Assembly (NCBI RefSeq): GCF_965641715.1
Contig: NZ_OZ282453.1
Source: Escherichia coli
GTDB taxonomy: Bacteria; Pseudomonadota; Gammaproteobacteria; Enterobacterales; Enterobacteriaceae
Length of the DNA: 64,000 nt
Direction: 5' to 3' (one strand)
The notes beneath the pieces were generated by a model that did not search any database, was not told the DNA's origin, and saw only the letters and a list, made by a program, of their open reading frames with translations. Shown piece by piece: positions 35,305-45,501 of the stretch (position 1 is its first letter; each line of letters begins with the position of its first letter). Both the position numbers and the translations under genes were made by a program.

Positions 35305-37866
35305 TTACACCAGACTCTTCAAGCGATAAATCCACTCCAGCGCCTGACGCGGGGTGAGTGAATCCGGATCGAGGTTTTCCAGTGCCTCGACCGCAGGCGA
35401 GGTTTCTTCCGGTACGGACAGCAAAGACATTTGCGTACCATCCACTTGCGTAGCGGCGGCGTTCGGCGAAATGCTTTCCAGCTCACGCAGTTTTTGCCGT
35501 GCGCGCTTAATAACCTCTTTTGGCACGCCGGCCAGAGCTGCAACCGCCAGGCCGTAGCTTTTGCTCGCCGCGCCATCCTGCACGCTATGCATAAAGGCAA
35601 TGGTGTCGCCGTGCTCCAGTGCATCGAGATGCACGTTGGCGACGCCTTCCATTTTCTCCGGTAACTGGGTCAGCTCGAAATAGTGGGTGGCAAACAGCGT
35701 CAACGCCTTAATCTTATTCGCCAGATTTTCCGCGCACGCCCATGCCAGTGACAGACCATCGTAAGTGGACGTTCCACGCCCGATCTCATCCATCAATACC
35801 AGACTATATTCGGTGGCGTTATGTAAAATATTGGCGGTTTCAGTCATCTCCACCATAAAGGTTGAGCGCCCGGAAGCCAGGTCATCTGCCGCGCCTACGC
35901 GGGTAAAGATGCGATCGATAGGTCCAATCTCGACTTTTTGTGCCGGTACATAGCTGCCGATGTAGGCCATCAGCGCAATCAGTGCGGTCTGGCGCATATA
36001 GGTACTTTTACCGCCCATGTTCGGGCCGGTAATAATCAACATCCGGCGCTGCGGTGACAGATTCAGCGGGTTGGCGATAAATGGCTCGTTCAGCACCTGT
36101 TCAACCACCGGATGGCGGCCTTCGGTAATGCGAATGCCCGGTTTATCAATAAAGGTCGGGCAGGTGTAGTTCAGGGTATAGGCCCGTTCCGCCAGGTTCA
36201 CCAGCACGTCGAGTTCCGCCAGCGCGCTCGCGCTCTGTTGCAACGCTTCCAGATGCGGCAACAGCAGGTCGAACAGCTCTTCATAAAGCTGTTTTTCCAG
36301 AGCCAGTGCTTTGCCTTTTGAAGTGAGGACTTTATCTTCGTACTCTTTTAGCTCTGGAATGATGTAGCGCTCGGCGTTTTTCAGCGTCTGGCGACGCATA
36401 TAGTTGATAGGTGCCAGATGGCTTTGCCCACGGCTGATTTGAATGTAGTAGCCGTGCACCGCATTAAAGCCAACTTTTAGCGTGTCCAGGCCGGTACGTT
36501 CACGCTCGCGGACTTCCAGACGCTCCAGATAATCGGTCGCGCCGTCAGCCAGCGCGCGCCACTCATCCAGCTCTTCGTTATAGCCCGATGCGATAACACC
36601 ACCGTCGCGTACCAGCACCGGCGGTGTGTCGATGATTGCTCGCTCCAGCAGATCGCGCAGCTCGGCAAACTCGCCCATCTTCTCACGTAGCGCCTGTACC
36701 GGTGCACTATCGACAGTTTCTAACTGCGCACGCAGCTCCGGCAGTTGCTGGAAAGCGTGGCGCATACGGGCCAGATCGCGTGGGCGAGCAGTTCGTAAAG
36801 CCAGACGTGCCAGAATACGTTCCAGGTCGCCGACCTGACGCAGTACCGGCTGTAGCCCGGCGGTGAAATCCTGCAATGCGCCAATAGTTTGCTGGCGCTC
36901 AAGCAACACGCGGGTATCGCGCACTGGCATATGCAGCCAGCGTTTCAGCATACGGCTGCCCATCGGCGTGACGGTGCAGTCGAGCACAGAAGCCAGCGTA
37001 TTTTCCGCACCACCCGCCAGGTTCTGGGTGATTTCCAGATTACGACGCGTCGCGGCATCCATAATGATGCTGTCCTGCTCACGTTCCATGGTGATGGAAC
37101 GAATATGCGGCAGAGTCGTACGTTGGGTATCTTTCGCATACTGCAACAGACAACCGGCAGCACAAAGTCCGCGCGGCGCGTTCTCGACGCCAAAACCGAC
37201 CAGATCGCGAGTGCCAAATTGCAGATTCAACTGCTGGCGCGCGGTGTCGATTTCAAACTCCCACAGCGGGCGACGGCGCAGGCCGCGACGGCCTTCAATT
37301 AACGACATTTCAGCAAAATCTTCTGCATACAGCAATTCCGCAGGATTAGTGCGTTGCAGTTCTGCCGCCATCGTTTCCCGGTCAGCCGGTTCGCTCAGGC
37401 GAAAACGCCCGGAACTGATATCCAGCGTCGCGTAGCCGAAACCTTTGCTGTCCTGCCAGATAGCCGCCAACAGGTTGTCCTGACGCTCCTGCAACAGGGC
37501 TTCATCGCTGATGGTGCCTGGCGTAACGATACGCACAACTTTGCGCTCAACCGGACCTTTGCTGGTCGCCGGATCGCCAATTTGTTCGCAGATGGCAACG
37601 GACTCTCCCTGATTCACCAGTTTGGCGAGGTAGTTTTCCACCGCATGGTAGGGAATCCCCGCCATCGGGATCGGCTCTCCCGCTGAAGCGCCGCGTTTGG
37701 TCAGTGAGATATCCAGCAGTTGCGACGCACGTTTTGCGTCGTCATAAAACAGTTCGTAAAAGTCACCCATCCGATAAAACAGCAGGATCTCGGGATGCTG
37801 GGCTTTCAGCTTGAGATACTGCTGCATCATTGGCGTATGGGCGTCGAAATTTTCTATTGCACTCAT
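35305..37866 (-). CDS. mutS: DNA mismatch repair protein MutS (853 aa)
   Basis: 853 aa, N-terminus [40 protein letters not shown]; Walker [10 protein letters not shown]. Confidence 0.98.
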   Translation of the reverse strand: MSAIENFDAHTPMMQQYLKLKAQHPEILLFYRMGDFYELFYDDAKRASQLLDISLTKRGASAGEPIPMAGIPYHAVENYLAKLVNQGESVAICEQIGDPATSKGPVERKVVRIVTPGTISDEALLQERQDNLLAAIWQDSKGFGYATLDISSGRFRLSEPADRETMAAELQRTNPAELLYAEDFAEMSLIEGRRGLRRRPLWEFEIDTARQQLNLQFGTRDLVGFGVENAPRGLCAAGCLLQYAKDTQRTTLPHIRSITMEREQDSIIMDAATRRNLEITQNLAGGAENTLASVLDCTVTPMGSRMLKRWLHMPVRDTRVLLERQQTIGALQDFTAGLQPVLRQVGDLERILARLALRTARPRDLARMRHAFQQLPELRAQLETVDSAPVQALREKMGEFAELRDLLERAIIDTPPVLVRDGGVIASGYNEELDEWRALADGATDYLERLEVRERERTGLDTLKVGFNAVHGYYIQISRGQSHLAPINYMRRQTLKNAERYIIPELKEYEDKVLTSKGKALALEKQLYEELFDLLLPHLEALQQSASALAELDVLVNLAERAYTLNYTCPTFIDKPGIRITEGRHPVVEQVLNEPFIANPLNLSPQRRMLIITGPNMGGKSTYMRQTALIALMAYIGSYVPAQKVEIGPIDRIFTRVGAADDLASGRSTFMVEMTETANILHNATEYSLVLMDEIGRGTSTYDGLSLAWACAENLANKIKALTLFATHYFELTQLPEKMEGVANVHLDALEHGDTIAFMHSVQDGAASKSYGLAVAALAGVPKEVIKRARQKLRELESISPNAAATQVDGTQMSLLSVPEETSPAVEALENLDPDSLTPRQALEWIYRLKSLV

Positions 37867-38111
37867 GGGGTTATGTCCGGTTCCCTGATATTAAATGGGG
37901 TGTGATGGTTTTTATTTTCGTTGTAATCACATAAGGCGCACATGATACCGGAGTTAATCATTTCAGGGGAAGAAGCGAACGGCGAGTTCTTGATGCTGGT
38001 TCCGGGAAAGATGCTGTTTTGCAGCTTTTGCGTGATGCTTATGAAGCAAGTACGCAAAATTGCGTCGGTTGAATAAACCTCCTCCTTCAGAGCCATAGTC
38101 CCCTTTCAAAT

Positions 38112-38134
38112 TAAGTTGTAGTATAAATACACCT
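38112..38134 (+). promoter_or_regulatory. Candidate NsrR-type operator upstream of ygbA
   Basis: aagttgtagtataaatacacctt resembles the NsrR inverted-repeat consensus (AAGATGCATTT...AAATGCATCTT), right arm 9/11; about 20 bp upstream of ygbA ATG. Confidence 0.3.
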
Positions 38135-38152
38135 TAAGAGTATGGAGGCAGC

Positions 38153-38497
38153 ATGTCCGGCAAGCGTATCTCTCGTGAAAAACTGACGATTAAAAAAATG
38201 ATCGATCTTTATCAAGCGAAATGCCCGCAGGCGTCAGCGGAGCCGGAGCATTACGACGCGCTGTTTGCCTACGCGCAAAAGCGGCTGGATAAATGTGTGT
38301 TCGGCGAAGAGAAACCAGCCTGTAAGCAGTGTCCGGTGCACTGTTACCAGCCTGCAAAGCGTGAAGAGATGAAACAGATTATGCGTTGGGCCGGGCCGAG
38401 AATGCTGTGGCGTCATCCAATCTTAACCGTGCGTCATCTCATCGATGACAAGCGTCCGGTGCCGGAGTTGCCAGAAAAATATCGTCCAAAGAAATAA
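38153..38497 (+). CDS. ygbA: Nitrous-oxide-stimulated-promoter family protein YgbA (114 aa, cysteine-rich)
   Basis: 114 aa, N-terminus MSGKRISREKLTIKKMIDLYQAKCPQ; CxxC motifs; divergent from mutS. Confidence 0.88.
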   Translation: MSGKRISREKLTIKKMIDLYQAKCPQASAEPEHYDALFAYAQKRLDKCVFGEEKPACKQCPVHCYQPAKREEMKQIMRWAGPRMLWRHPILTVRHLIDDKRPVPELPEKYRPKK

Positions 38498-38535
38498 ATC
38501 TGCCGGAGAGCCATACTCTCCGGCAAATAAGGCGT

Positions 38536-38964
38536 TTACGCTTTGGTGGCAATCAGGATGGCTGATGCTTTGATCAATGCAATAACGCGTGAGCCAGTGG
38601 TGAGTTTCATTTCATCCTGACTTTCATTTGTTACCACTGCCACAATTTCAAAACCCGCATCCGTTTTGATATGGACAGTGGCGTTCACTGCGCCTTCGGT
38701 GATTGTCGACACGCTGCCAGCAAACTGGTTGCGAGCAGAGAATTTCAGTCCACAGTCTTCCGTTGCCAGCGTTACCCACGGGGCTTTAATCAGGGCAATC
38801 GCTTCTTTCCCTTTCGCCAGACCCAGAGCCTGCTGGCTGCTGTGAGTCACAATTGCCACCAGCTTTGCACCACCTGCCAGCGTCAGTTCTACTTCGTCAT
38901 TCACCGCACCCATTGCTACTGCGCTAACTGTTCCGGTTAATTGATTTCTTGCTGAAACTGCCAT
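38536..38964 (-). CDS. Standalone tandem-Mop (TOBE-domain) molbindin-like protein (142 aa)
   Basis: ORF 38536..39003; likely start at 38964 (GGAGG RBS 5 nt upstream) giving MAVSARNQLTGTVSAV; two internal repeats each beginning SARNQ(L/F)(T/A)G(T/S)VS and ending ALIKA, the Mop/TOBE molybdate-binding fold. Confidence 0.7.
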   Translation of the reverse strand: MAVSARNQLTGTVSAVAMGAVNDEVELTLAGGAKLVAIVTHSSQQALGLAKGKEAIALIKAPWVTLATEDCGLKFSARNQFAGSVSTITEGAVNATVHIKTDAGFEIVAVVTNESQDEMKLTTGSRVIALIKASAILIATKA

Positions 38965-39008
38965 ACTGCCTCCTTTCATTGAATGTTGATCGAGTATAAC
39001 CACATCTG

Positions 39009-41087
39009 TTAAATCAATGCCGATTTATCAATTCCCAGCCGCTTCATCCGTGACAGCAGGGTCGTGCGTTTCAGCCCCAGACGTTGCGCAGCGCCTTTAG
39101 GCCCGGCAACCACGCCGTTAGTTTCTTTCAGCACGCGAACAATCAACTGATATTCATCTTCGCCCTCCTGAGCGACAACCGTTGCGGCAGGCGGCGTTTC
39201 AGGCTCCGGTAAAGCAATATCTGGCAATGACAGCTGCAGCACGTTGCCGCGTGTTAGCAATACCGCGCGCTCAATGACGTTTTCCAGTTCGCGTACGTTA
39301 CCCGGCCACTCCATATTGCTCAAGGTGCGCAACGTCTCGGCAGGAATGCTGTCGATATTGCGCCCCAGACGACGGGCAATTTTGAAGGTAAAGGCTTTCG
39401 CCAGCAGCGGAATATCTTCTGGACGCTCGCGTAGTGGCGGAAGGTGAATCGGGAATACGTTCAGGCGGTAATAGAGATCGCTACGGAACTCACGGTCGGC
39501 GACCATTTTTTTCAGATCGCGGTTAGTCGCGGCGATTAGACGCACGTCCGTCTGAATGATTTTGTTGCTGCCGAGGCGTTCAAACTCCTGTTCCTGCAAT
39601 ACACGCAGCAACTTCGGCTGTAACTCCAGTGGCATATCGCCCACTTCGTCGAGGAACAGGGAGCTTTTATCCGCCAGTTCAAAACGACCGATACGCTGGG
39701 CGCTGGCACCGGTAAAAGCCCCACGCTCATGACCAAACAGATCGCTCTCCAGCAATCCGGCAGGCATCGCCGCGCAGTTCATTTTGACCATGCGGCGATT
39801 ATTACGCCCACTGAGATTATGGATAGCACGGGCAATCAGCTCTTTACCCGTGCCAGTTTCACCGAGGATCAGCACGGTACTGTCACTTTGCGCCACCATT
39901 TCAACTTGTTTAAGCACGCTGTACATGGCTTCGCTGCGGCCAATAATCTCGCCAAATTCACTATCAACATTGTTGAGCTGCTCGGTCAGGGCGAGGTTTT
40001 CATCAACCAGCCGTTCTTTCAGACGATGGATTTCCTGATAGGCGAGGGCGTTATCGACAGCGATTGCCACACGTTCGGCAATCTGGCGCAGTAAATTCAG
40101 ATTGGTAGTGGTAAACACTTTCTCTTCACATTGCGCCAGTTTCAGCACGCCCAGCATGGTGTCGCCAGACATCAGCGGTAACAGGCACAAAGTTTGAATC
40201 TGGTTGCCCCAGGTATCGAACAACATGCGTTCATAGGGGGCTAAATCATCCCGCTCGTGGAGATTAATCAGCAGCATCTCTTTACTTTTGAACACGCGTT
40301 CGGTGAGGGTTCCGGCTTCATCGACTTCGCTCTGTTCGTGGGCGGGATGCTGTTTATCAAGATAGTGAGTGGAGTAGATGTTGAGTTTGTTTTTACGGTG
40401 GCTGCGTAAGACGATACTGATATCGTCAATATCGAAATAGTAATGGATTTCTTTGGCGACTTCGCTGACCAGTTCGTCCATATCCAGGCGGGAAAGCACC
40501 GCGTTGGTGATGGCGACCAGGATGCGGAAGTTATCGCGTTCCCGGCATAACAACTCATAGTCGACATTGTTAACGACGCGACTCTGGATTTGTTCGGTGA
40601 CGACAGAAACGATCTGCGTAAATGTTTGCAGACGATTGAACTCTTTTTCGCTCCAGGGGCGATCGTCATAACGAATAAATTCACAGCCACCAAAAATATG
40701 CCCTTCCGCCGCCAGTGGCATCAGGCAATAGTGACCAAATTTTGGGTATAGCCCACCTGCGGCCAGCTGCGGCCAGGTTTCACAAAATTCTTCGTAACTG
40801 CAATGCAGCGTATCAGGGCGCGACAAAATGCTGCGTACCGGACCGTGTGCCAGAACAGTTTCGTCTTCATATTTAATGGGGGTGTCTTTTTCACGCGATG
40901 CGTAATAAGACGCACGTTGAGTCTGCGCTTGCCACAACACAATAGCCGCGTTGTCGGCGAGCGCAGAACGCTTTACCAGTTGCGAAAGAGCCTCACACAG
41001 CGAGGCCAGATCGGGCTGCTGCAATAGTGTCCGAGTGATGTCGAACAACCCTTGCTGTCCGAGATCACTCATCGGTGTATATGACAT
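39009..41087 (-). CDS. fhlA: Formate hydrogenlyase transcriptional activator FhlA (sigma-54 dependent, 692 aa)
   Basis: ORF 39009..41123; likely start giving MSYTPMSDLGQQGLFDITRTLLQQ; AAA+ sigma-54 activator motifs GETGTGKE and GAFTGA; C-terminal HTH. Confidence 0.95.
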   Translation of the reverse strand: MSYTPMSDLGQQGLFDITRTLLQQPDLASLCEALSQLVKRSALADNAAIVLWQAQTQRASYYASREKDTPIKYEDETVLAHGPVRSILSRPDTLHCSYEEFCETWPQLAAGGLYPKFGHYCLMPLAAEGHIFGGCEFIRYDDRPWSEKEFNRLQTFTQIVSVVTEQIQSRVVNNVDYELLCRERDNFRILVAITNAVLSRLDMDELVSEVAKEIHYYFDIDDISIVLRSHRKNKLNIYSTHYLDKQHPAHEQSEVDEAGTLTERVFKSKEMLLINLHERDDLAPYERMLFDTWGNQIQTLCLLPLMSGDTMLGVLKLAQCEEKVFTTTNLNLLRQIAERVAIAVDNALAYQEIHRLKERLVDENLALTEQLNNVDSEFGEIIGRSEAMYSVLKQVEMVAQSDSTVLILGETGTGKELIARAIHNLSGRNNRRMVKMNCAAMPAGLLESDLFGHERGAFTGASAQRIGRFELADKSSLFLDEVGDMPLELQPKLLRVLQEQEFERLGSNKIIQTDVRLIAATNRDLKKMVADREFRSDLYYRLNVFPIHLPPLRERPEDIPLLAKAFTFKIARRLGRNIDSIPAETLRTLSNMEWPGNVRELENVIERAVLLTRGNVLQLSLPDIALPEPETPPAATVVAQEGEDEYQLIVRVLKETNGVVAGPKGAAQRLGLKRTTLLSRMKRLGIDKSALI

Positions 41088-41160
41088 TTTGTTCTTCCAG
41101 GAAAGCACCGCAAAGCGGTGCAAAAGGTCATTGACTAACTATAGGAGATTTAGAATTTTA

Positions 41161-42171
41161 TTAGCATATACGCGGAAGCGGTTCGGCGTGTGGTAAATCG
41201 AGGGTTCGTTTCACGCCATACAGACCGGCAAGACGAACACCTTTACGTTCCACCACTTCACCAATCAGCGCCGCGTCTTTCCCCAGTGGATGGGAATGTA
41301 ACGCTGCCAGCACTTGCTCTGCCGCGTTGCGTTCAACGGCGATCACCAGTTTGCCTTCGTTGGCAAAGTTCAGGGCGTCCAGTCCCAGCAACTCGCAAAC
41401 GCCGCGCACGGCAGGTTTAACCGGCAGCGCTGATTCAGAAATTTCAATACCGCAACCGCAGGCTGCCGCGAACTCATGAACCACCGCATTTACACCACCA
41501 CGGGTGGCATCACGCAGCGCTTTCACGCCGGGAATGTCACGCAGCGTCTGAATAAGCGGCGTCAGCACCGCGCAGTCGCTGACCAGTTCGCCATCCAGCC
41601 CCAGCTGCTCACGCAGGTTAAGGATAGTCGCCCCGTGGTCGCCGAGTGTACCGCTAACCAGCAATACATCGCCTGCGGTTAGCGTCTGTGCGCCCCAGTG
41701 AATATTCGCCGGAATTGCGCCCATGCCCGCGGTGTTGATAAACAGTTTATCTGCCGCGCCGCGCTGCACCACTTTAGTATCGCCAGTAACGATGGCAATG
41801 CCTGCCGTGCGGGCGGTTTCTGCCATGCTGGTCACTACGGCTTTCAGTGTCTCCATCGGCAATCCTTCTTCGAGGATAAAGCCACAGGAGAGATAGCGCG
41901 GAATAGCGCCACTGACCGCAACGTCATTCGCGGTGCCGCAAATCGCCAGCTTGCCGATATTACCGCCAGGGAAGAACAGCGGGTCAATAACGTAACTGTC
42001 GGTGGAGAACGCCAGACGGTCGCCTTCCGCTACCAGCTGCGCCAGATCAAGACGTGCCTGGTCTTCCTGTTCTGCCAGCCACGGGTTGGCAAAGGCTTCC
42101 ATAAACAGGCTGTTGATTAATTGCTGCATCGCCTGGCCGCCGCTGCCGTGGGCGAGTTGGATATTATTCAC
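41161..42171 (-). CDS. hypE: Hydrogenase maturation protein HypE (336 aa)
   Basis: 336 aa, N-terminus MNNIQLAHGSGGQAMQQLINSLF; ends in PRIC. Confidence 0.95.
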   Translation of the reverse strand: MNNIQLAHGSGGQAMQQLINSLFMEAFANPWLAEQEDQARLDLAQLVAEGDRLAFSTDSYVIDPLFFPGGNIGKLAICGTANDVAVSGAIPRYLSCGFILEEGLPMETLKAVVTSMAETARTAGIAIVTGDTKVVQRGAADKLFINTAGMGAIPANIHWGAQTLTAGDVLLVSGTLGDHGATILNLREQLGLDGELVSDCAVLTPLIQTLRDIPGVKALRDATRGGVNAVVHEFAAACGCGIEISESALPVKPAVRGVCELLGLDALNFANEGKLVIAVERNAAEQVLAALHSHPLGKDAALIGEVVERKGVRLAGLYGVKRTLDLPHAEPLPRIC

Positions 42172-43289
42172 GCTTCACTCTCCTGCTGACGATACTGATA
42201 CCACGCGGCGCACGCTCCTTCGGAGGAAACCATCAGCGCACCAAACGCGGTTTGAGGATTACAGGTGTTACCAAACAGCGGGCATTGATGCGGCTTACAT
42301 TTGCCCGTCAAGACTTCGCCACAACGCGCGCGCGGGTCATCGCAGACCTGCTGCGGTGCCGGGCGGAAATGTGCTTCGGCATCGAATCGTTGATAATCCG
42401 GCGTCAGGTGCACGCCAGAAGATTCAATCACGCCTAAGCCGCGCCATTCGCTGTCGCCGTTGACACAGAACACATCGGCAATCGCCTGTTGCGCCAGCAG
42501 GTTACCGGCATCCGGTACCACCCGACGATACTGATTCTCTACCTTGCTGTGGGCCGCTATTTTCTGCTCCACCAGCATCACCACGCCTTGCAGTAGATCA
42601 AGGGGTTCGAAACCAGCGACCACCAGCGGACGATGAAAATCGCTGGCGATAAAATTATAGGCATCAGTGCCGATAACCATACTAACGTGGCCCGGCGCGA
42701 GGAACGCGTCGATACCGTTATCCGGCTGTTCCAGCAAACTGCGAAGCGTCGGGATAAGCGTAATGTGCTGGCAGAAGAAGTAAAAATTCTGCACATCACG
42801 CGCTTTCGCCTGTTGCAGAGTGATAGCGGTGGTTGGCATGGTGGTTTCAAAACCTAAGCCGAAGAACACCACTTTGCGGGTTGGATTCTCCTGCGCCAGT
42901 TTCAACGCATCCATCGGCGAGTAAACGATGCGCACATCGGCACCGCGTGCTTTTGCCTGCAACAGCGATCCCTGTTTCCCCGGCACGCGCATGGCGTCGC
43001 CAAAGGTACAGAAGATGACTTCCGGATGGCTGGCAATCTCCACGCAGGTGTCGATTCTGCCCATCGGCAGTACGCACACCGGGCAACCCGGACCGTGGAT
43101 AAACTCAACGTTTTCAGGCAGTAACTGGTCGAGGCCGAATTTAAAAATGGCGTGGGTATGACCACCGCACACTTCCATAATCCGCAGAGGGCGTTCGGCG
43201 GTGTAAGAGAGATGTGAAGCACGTTCGCGCAGATGCTCAATTAACTGCATCACCTGTTCCGGCGCGCGATATTCATCAACAAAACGCAT
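42168..43289 (-). CDS. hypD: Hydrogenase maturation protein HypD (373 aa)
   Basis: 373 aa, N-terminus [20 protein letters not shown]; CGxH and CPVC motifs. Confidence 0.95.
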   Translation of the reverse strand: MRFVDEYRAPEQVMQLIEHLRERASHLSYTAERPLRIMEVCGGHTHAIFKFGLDQLLPENVEFIHGPGCPVCVLPMGRIDTCVEIASHPEVIFCTFGDAMRVPGKQGSLLQAKARGADVRIVYSPMDALKLAQENPTRKVVFFGLGFETTMPTTAITLQQAKARDVQNFYFFCQHITLIPTLRSLLEQPDNGIDAFLAPGHVSMVIGTDAYNFIASDFHRPLVVAGFEPLDLLQGVVMLVEQKIAAHSKVENQYRRVVPDAGNLLAQQAIADVFCVNGDSEWRGLGVIESSGVHLTPDYQRFDAEAHFRPAPQQVCDDPRARCGEVLTGKCKPHQCPLFGNTCNPQTAFGALMVSSEGACAAWYQYRQQESEA

Positions 43290-43561
43290 TATTTTTCCTC
43301 GCCATACAACAGCGCGCCGACATCCGGCTCAACGTCAAACATGTTTTGTAAGGCGTCGAGAGTGTCGCGTGCTTCGGCTTCATTAATTACGCTCATGGCA
43401 AAGCCAACGTGTACCAGTACCCACTGGCCCACGCGCGGCTGACCGTTTTCATCGCAGCTGCCGACTAACGTTAAATCGACATCACGCTGAATGCCGCAGA
43501 CGTCGACTTTCGCCTGGTTGCCGTCAATGGTGCGGATCTGGCCGGGAACGCCTATGCACAT
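43289..43561 (-). CDS. hypC: Hydrogenase maturation chaperone HypC (90 aa)
   Basis: Internal start gives [14 protein letters not shown] (conserved Cys2); ORF track extends 9 codons upstream. Confidence 0.9.
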   Translation of the reverse strand: MCIGVPGQIRTIDGNQAKVDVCGIQRDVDLTLVGSCDENGQPRVGQWVLVHVGFAMSVINEAEARDTLDALQNMFDVEPDVGALLYGEEK

Positions 43562-44424
43562 CGCTGTGTCTCCAGCCAGTTCAGCCACTGGTCCATCCCT
43601 TCGCCGCTGGTGGCGGAAATAAGGATGATTTCAATTTCTGGATTGACTTCGCGGGCGCAGGCGATGCACTTCTCAACGTCAAAGTTGAGATACGGCAACA
43701 GGTCAACTTTGTTGAGCAGCATCAGCGAGGCGGCGGCAAACATATGCGGATATTTCAGCGGTTTGTCTTCACCTTCGGTAACGGAAAGCACCGCCACTTT
43801 GTGTTTTTCACCGAGATCGAAGCTGGCCGGGCATACGAGGTTGCCAACGTTTTCGATAAACAGAATACCGTTATCGTCCAGTGGCAGACGCGGTGCGGCG
43901 TCGGCAATCATCTGTGCGTCAAGATGGCAGCCTTTACCGGTGTTCACCTGAATCGCTGGTGTGCCGGTAGCGCGAATGCGTGCGGCATCGTTCACGGTTT
44001 GCTGGTCACCTTCAATAACCGCGCACGGAACGCTGTCTTTCAGGCGCATTAAGGTTTCCGTCAGCAGGGTGGTTTTACCGGAACCAGGGCTGGAAACCAG
44101 GTTGAGCACCAGTTGCTTGCGGGCAGCAAAGCGCGCGCGGTTGCGTTCAGCCAGACGGTTGTTTTTGTCCAGCACGTCAATTTCGACTTCCAGCATCCGG
44201 CGCTGGCTCATGCCCGGCGCGTGAGTGCCCGCTTCGCCATGACCGTAATGCAGGTCGCCTTCTTCAGTCTGGCTGGGGGTAAATTCAGGCGTTTTAATGC
44301 CGGTGATTTTCATCTTCGGGCGTGCCGCCGGGGCAAATGGCGCGCTACGAAACGCGGAATGAGGGTTATGTTCATCACCCTCGATATACAGGTTGCCTTC
44401 ACCGCAACCGCATGTTGTACACAT
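43552..44424 (-). CDS. hypB: Hydrogenase nickel incorporation GTPase HypB (290 aa)
   Basis: 290 aa, N-terminus [10 protein letters not shown]; His-rich region; GTPase motif GSGKTT. Confidence 0.95.
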   Translation of the reverse strand: MCTTCGCGEGNLYIEGDEHNPHSAFRSAPFAPAARPKMKITGIKTPEFTPSQTEEGDLHYGHGEAGTHAPGMSQRRMLEVEIDVLDKNNRLAERNRARFAARKQLVLNLVSSPGSGKTTLLTETLMRLKDSVPCAVIEGDQQTVNDAARIRATGTPAIQVNTGKGCHLDAQMIADAAPRLPLDDNGILFIENVGNLVCPASFDLGEKHKVAVLSVTEGEDKPLKYPHMFAAASLMLLNKVDLLPYLNFDVEKCIACAREVNPEIEIILISATSGEGMDQWLNWLETQRCA

Positions 44425-44427
44425 CGC

Positions 44428-44778
44428 TCACTCCTGGTCTATTTCTATCCGCCGAATCTGTAAACCGTCGTCTGCCACAATCTGTAGCATGTCACCATGA
44501 CACTGTGGACAGCGGCGGACGCGCTGGGTCAGTAGCGTCACATACTGTTGGCATGTTTCACACCAGCATTCGGCCTCTTGTTCTTCGAGGTGCAGTTTAC
44601 AACCTTCCGCCACGCTGCCGCGGCAAACCAGATCAAAACAAAAGGCAAGAGAGCTGGTTTCGACACAAGAAAATGCGCCAATTTTGAGCCAGACCCCAGT
44701 TACGCGTTTTGCGCCGTGTTTTGCGGCCTGCTGTTCGATCAATTCCAGTGCCCGTTGGCAGAGGGTTATTTCGTGCAT
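44428..44778 (-). CDS. hypA: Hydrogenase nickel insertion protein HypA (116 aa)
   Basis: Start giving MHEITLCQRALELIEQ; zinc motif CxxC...CxxC. Confidence 0.93.
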   Translation of the reverse strand: MHEITLCQRALELIEQQAAKHGAKRVTGVWLKIGAFSCVETSSLAFCFDLVCRGSVAEGCKLHLEEQEAECWCETCQQYVTLLTQRVRRCPQCHGDMLQIVADDGLQIRRIEIDQE

Positions 44779-44809
44779 ATCGCCTCCCATTAACTATGGC
44801 CAGCTACAA

Positions 44810-44825
44810 GCAATAATTGTGCCAG
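44810..44825 (-). promoter_or_regulatory. sigma-54 (-24/-12) promoter for hyp operon
   Basis: Minus strand reads CTGGCACAATTATTGC (TGGCAC-N5-TTGC), about 30 bp upstream of hypA start. Confidence 0.7.
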
Positions 44826-44850
44826 TATTGATTATCCCTGCGGTGAATAA

Positions 44851-44890
44851 TGTCGATGATGTCGAAATGACACGTCGACACGGCGACGAA
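44851..44890. promoter_or_regulatory. Candidate FhlA upstream activating sequence in hyp/hyc intergenic region
   Basis: tgtcgatgatgtcgaaatgacacgtcgacacggcgacg with repeated TGTCGA / GTCGACA half-sites; related copies at 45502..45557 and 58817..58854. Confidence 0.5.
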
Positions 44891-44936
44891 ATTCATCTTT
44901 AGCTTAAAAATCGTTTTAATAACAATGAATTAAAAG

Positions 44937-44952
44937 TTGGCACAGAAAATGC
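44937..44952 (+). promoter_or_regulatory. sigma-54 (-24/-12) promoter for hyc operon
   Basis: TTGGCACAGAAAATGC (TGGCAC-N7-TGC with GG and GC spaced 10 nt), about 38 bp upstream of hycA ATG. Confidence 0.7.
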
Positions 44953-44989
44953 TTAAAGCTGGCATCTCTGTTAAACGGGTAACCTGACA

Positions 44990-45451
44990 ATGACTATTTG
45001 GGAAATAAGCGAGAAAGCCGATTACATCGCACAGCGGCATCGTCGCCTACAGGACCAGTGGCACATCTACTGCAATTCGCTGGTTCAGGGGATCACGTTA
45101 TCGAAAGCGCGCCTGCATCACGCCATGAGCTGCGCGCCGGACAAAGAACTCTGTTTCGTCCTTTTTGAACATTTTCGTATTTACGTCACCCTGGCGGATG
45201 GCTTTAACAGCCACACCATCGAGTATTACGTCGAAACAAAAGATGGCGAAGACAAACAGCGGATTGCGCAGGCACAACTGAGCATTGACGGCATGATTGA
45301 TGGCAAGGTCAACATCCGCGATCGCGAACAGGTTCTGGAACACTATCTCGAAAAAATCGCTGGCGTTTACGACAGCTTATACACCGCCATTGAAAACAAT
45401 GTGCCGGTGAATTTAAGCCAACTGGTAAAGGGACAAAGCCCGGCAGCATGA
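44990..45451 (+). CDS. hycA: Formate hydrogenlyase regulatory protein HycA (153 aa)
   Basis: 153 aa, N-terminus MTIWEISEKADYIAQRHRRLQDQW. Confidence 0.93.
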   Translation: MTIWEISEKADYIAQRHRRLQDQWHIYCNSLVQGITLSKARLHHAMSCAPDKELCFVLFEHFRIYVTLADGFNSHTIEYYVETKDGEDKQRIAQAQLSIDGMIDGKVNIRDREQVLEHYLEKIAGVYDSLYTAIENNVPVNLSQLVKGQSPAA

Positions 45452-45501
45452 GCTGAGGCTTTGCCCGTTTTGCAGGCGTTACGCCTGTTTGGGGATGGGC
45501 G

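Noticed and set aside
39009-41123. Longer 704-aa form of fhlA, and similarly extended ORF-track starts for cysH, ygcS, ygcN, queD, hypF, hydN, ascB
   Set aside because: The upstream in-frame extensions lack an RBS or run through REP sequence; the internal starts give N-termini I recognise for these proteins.
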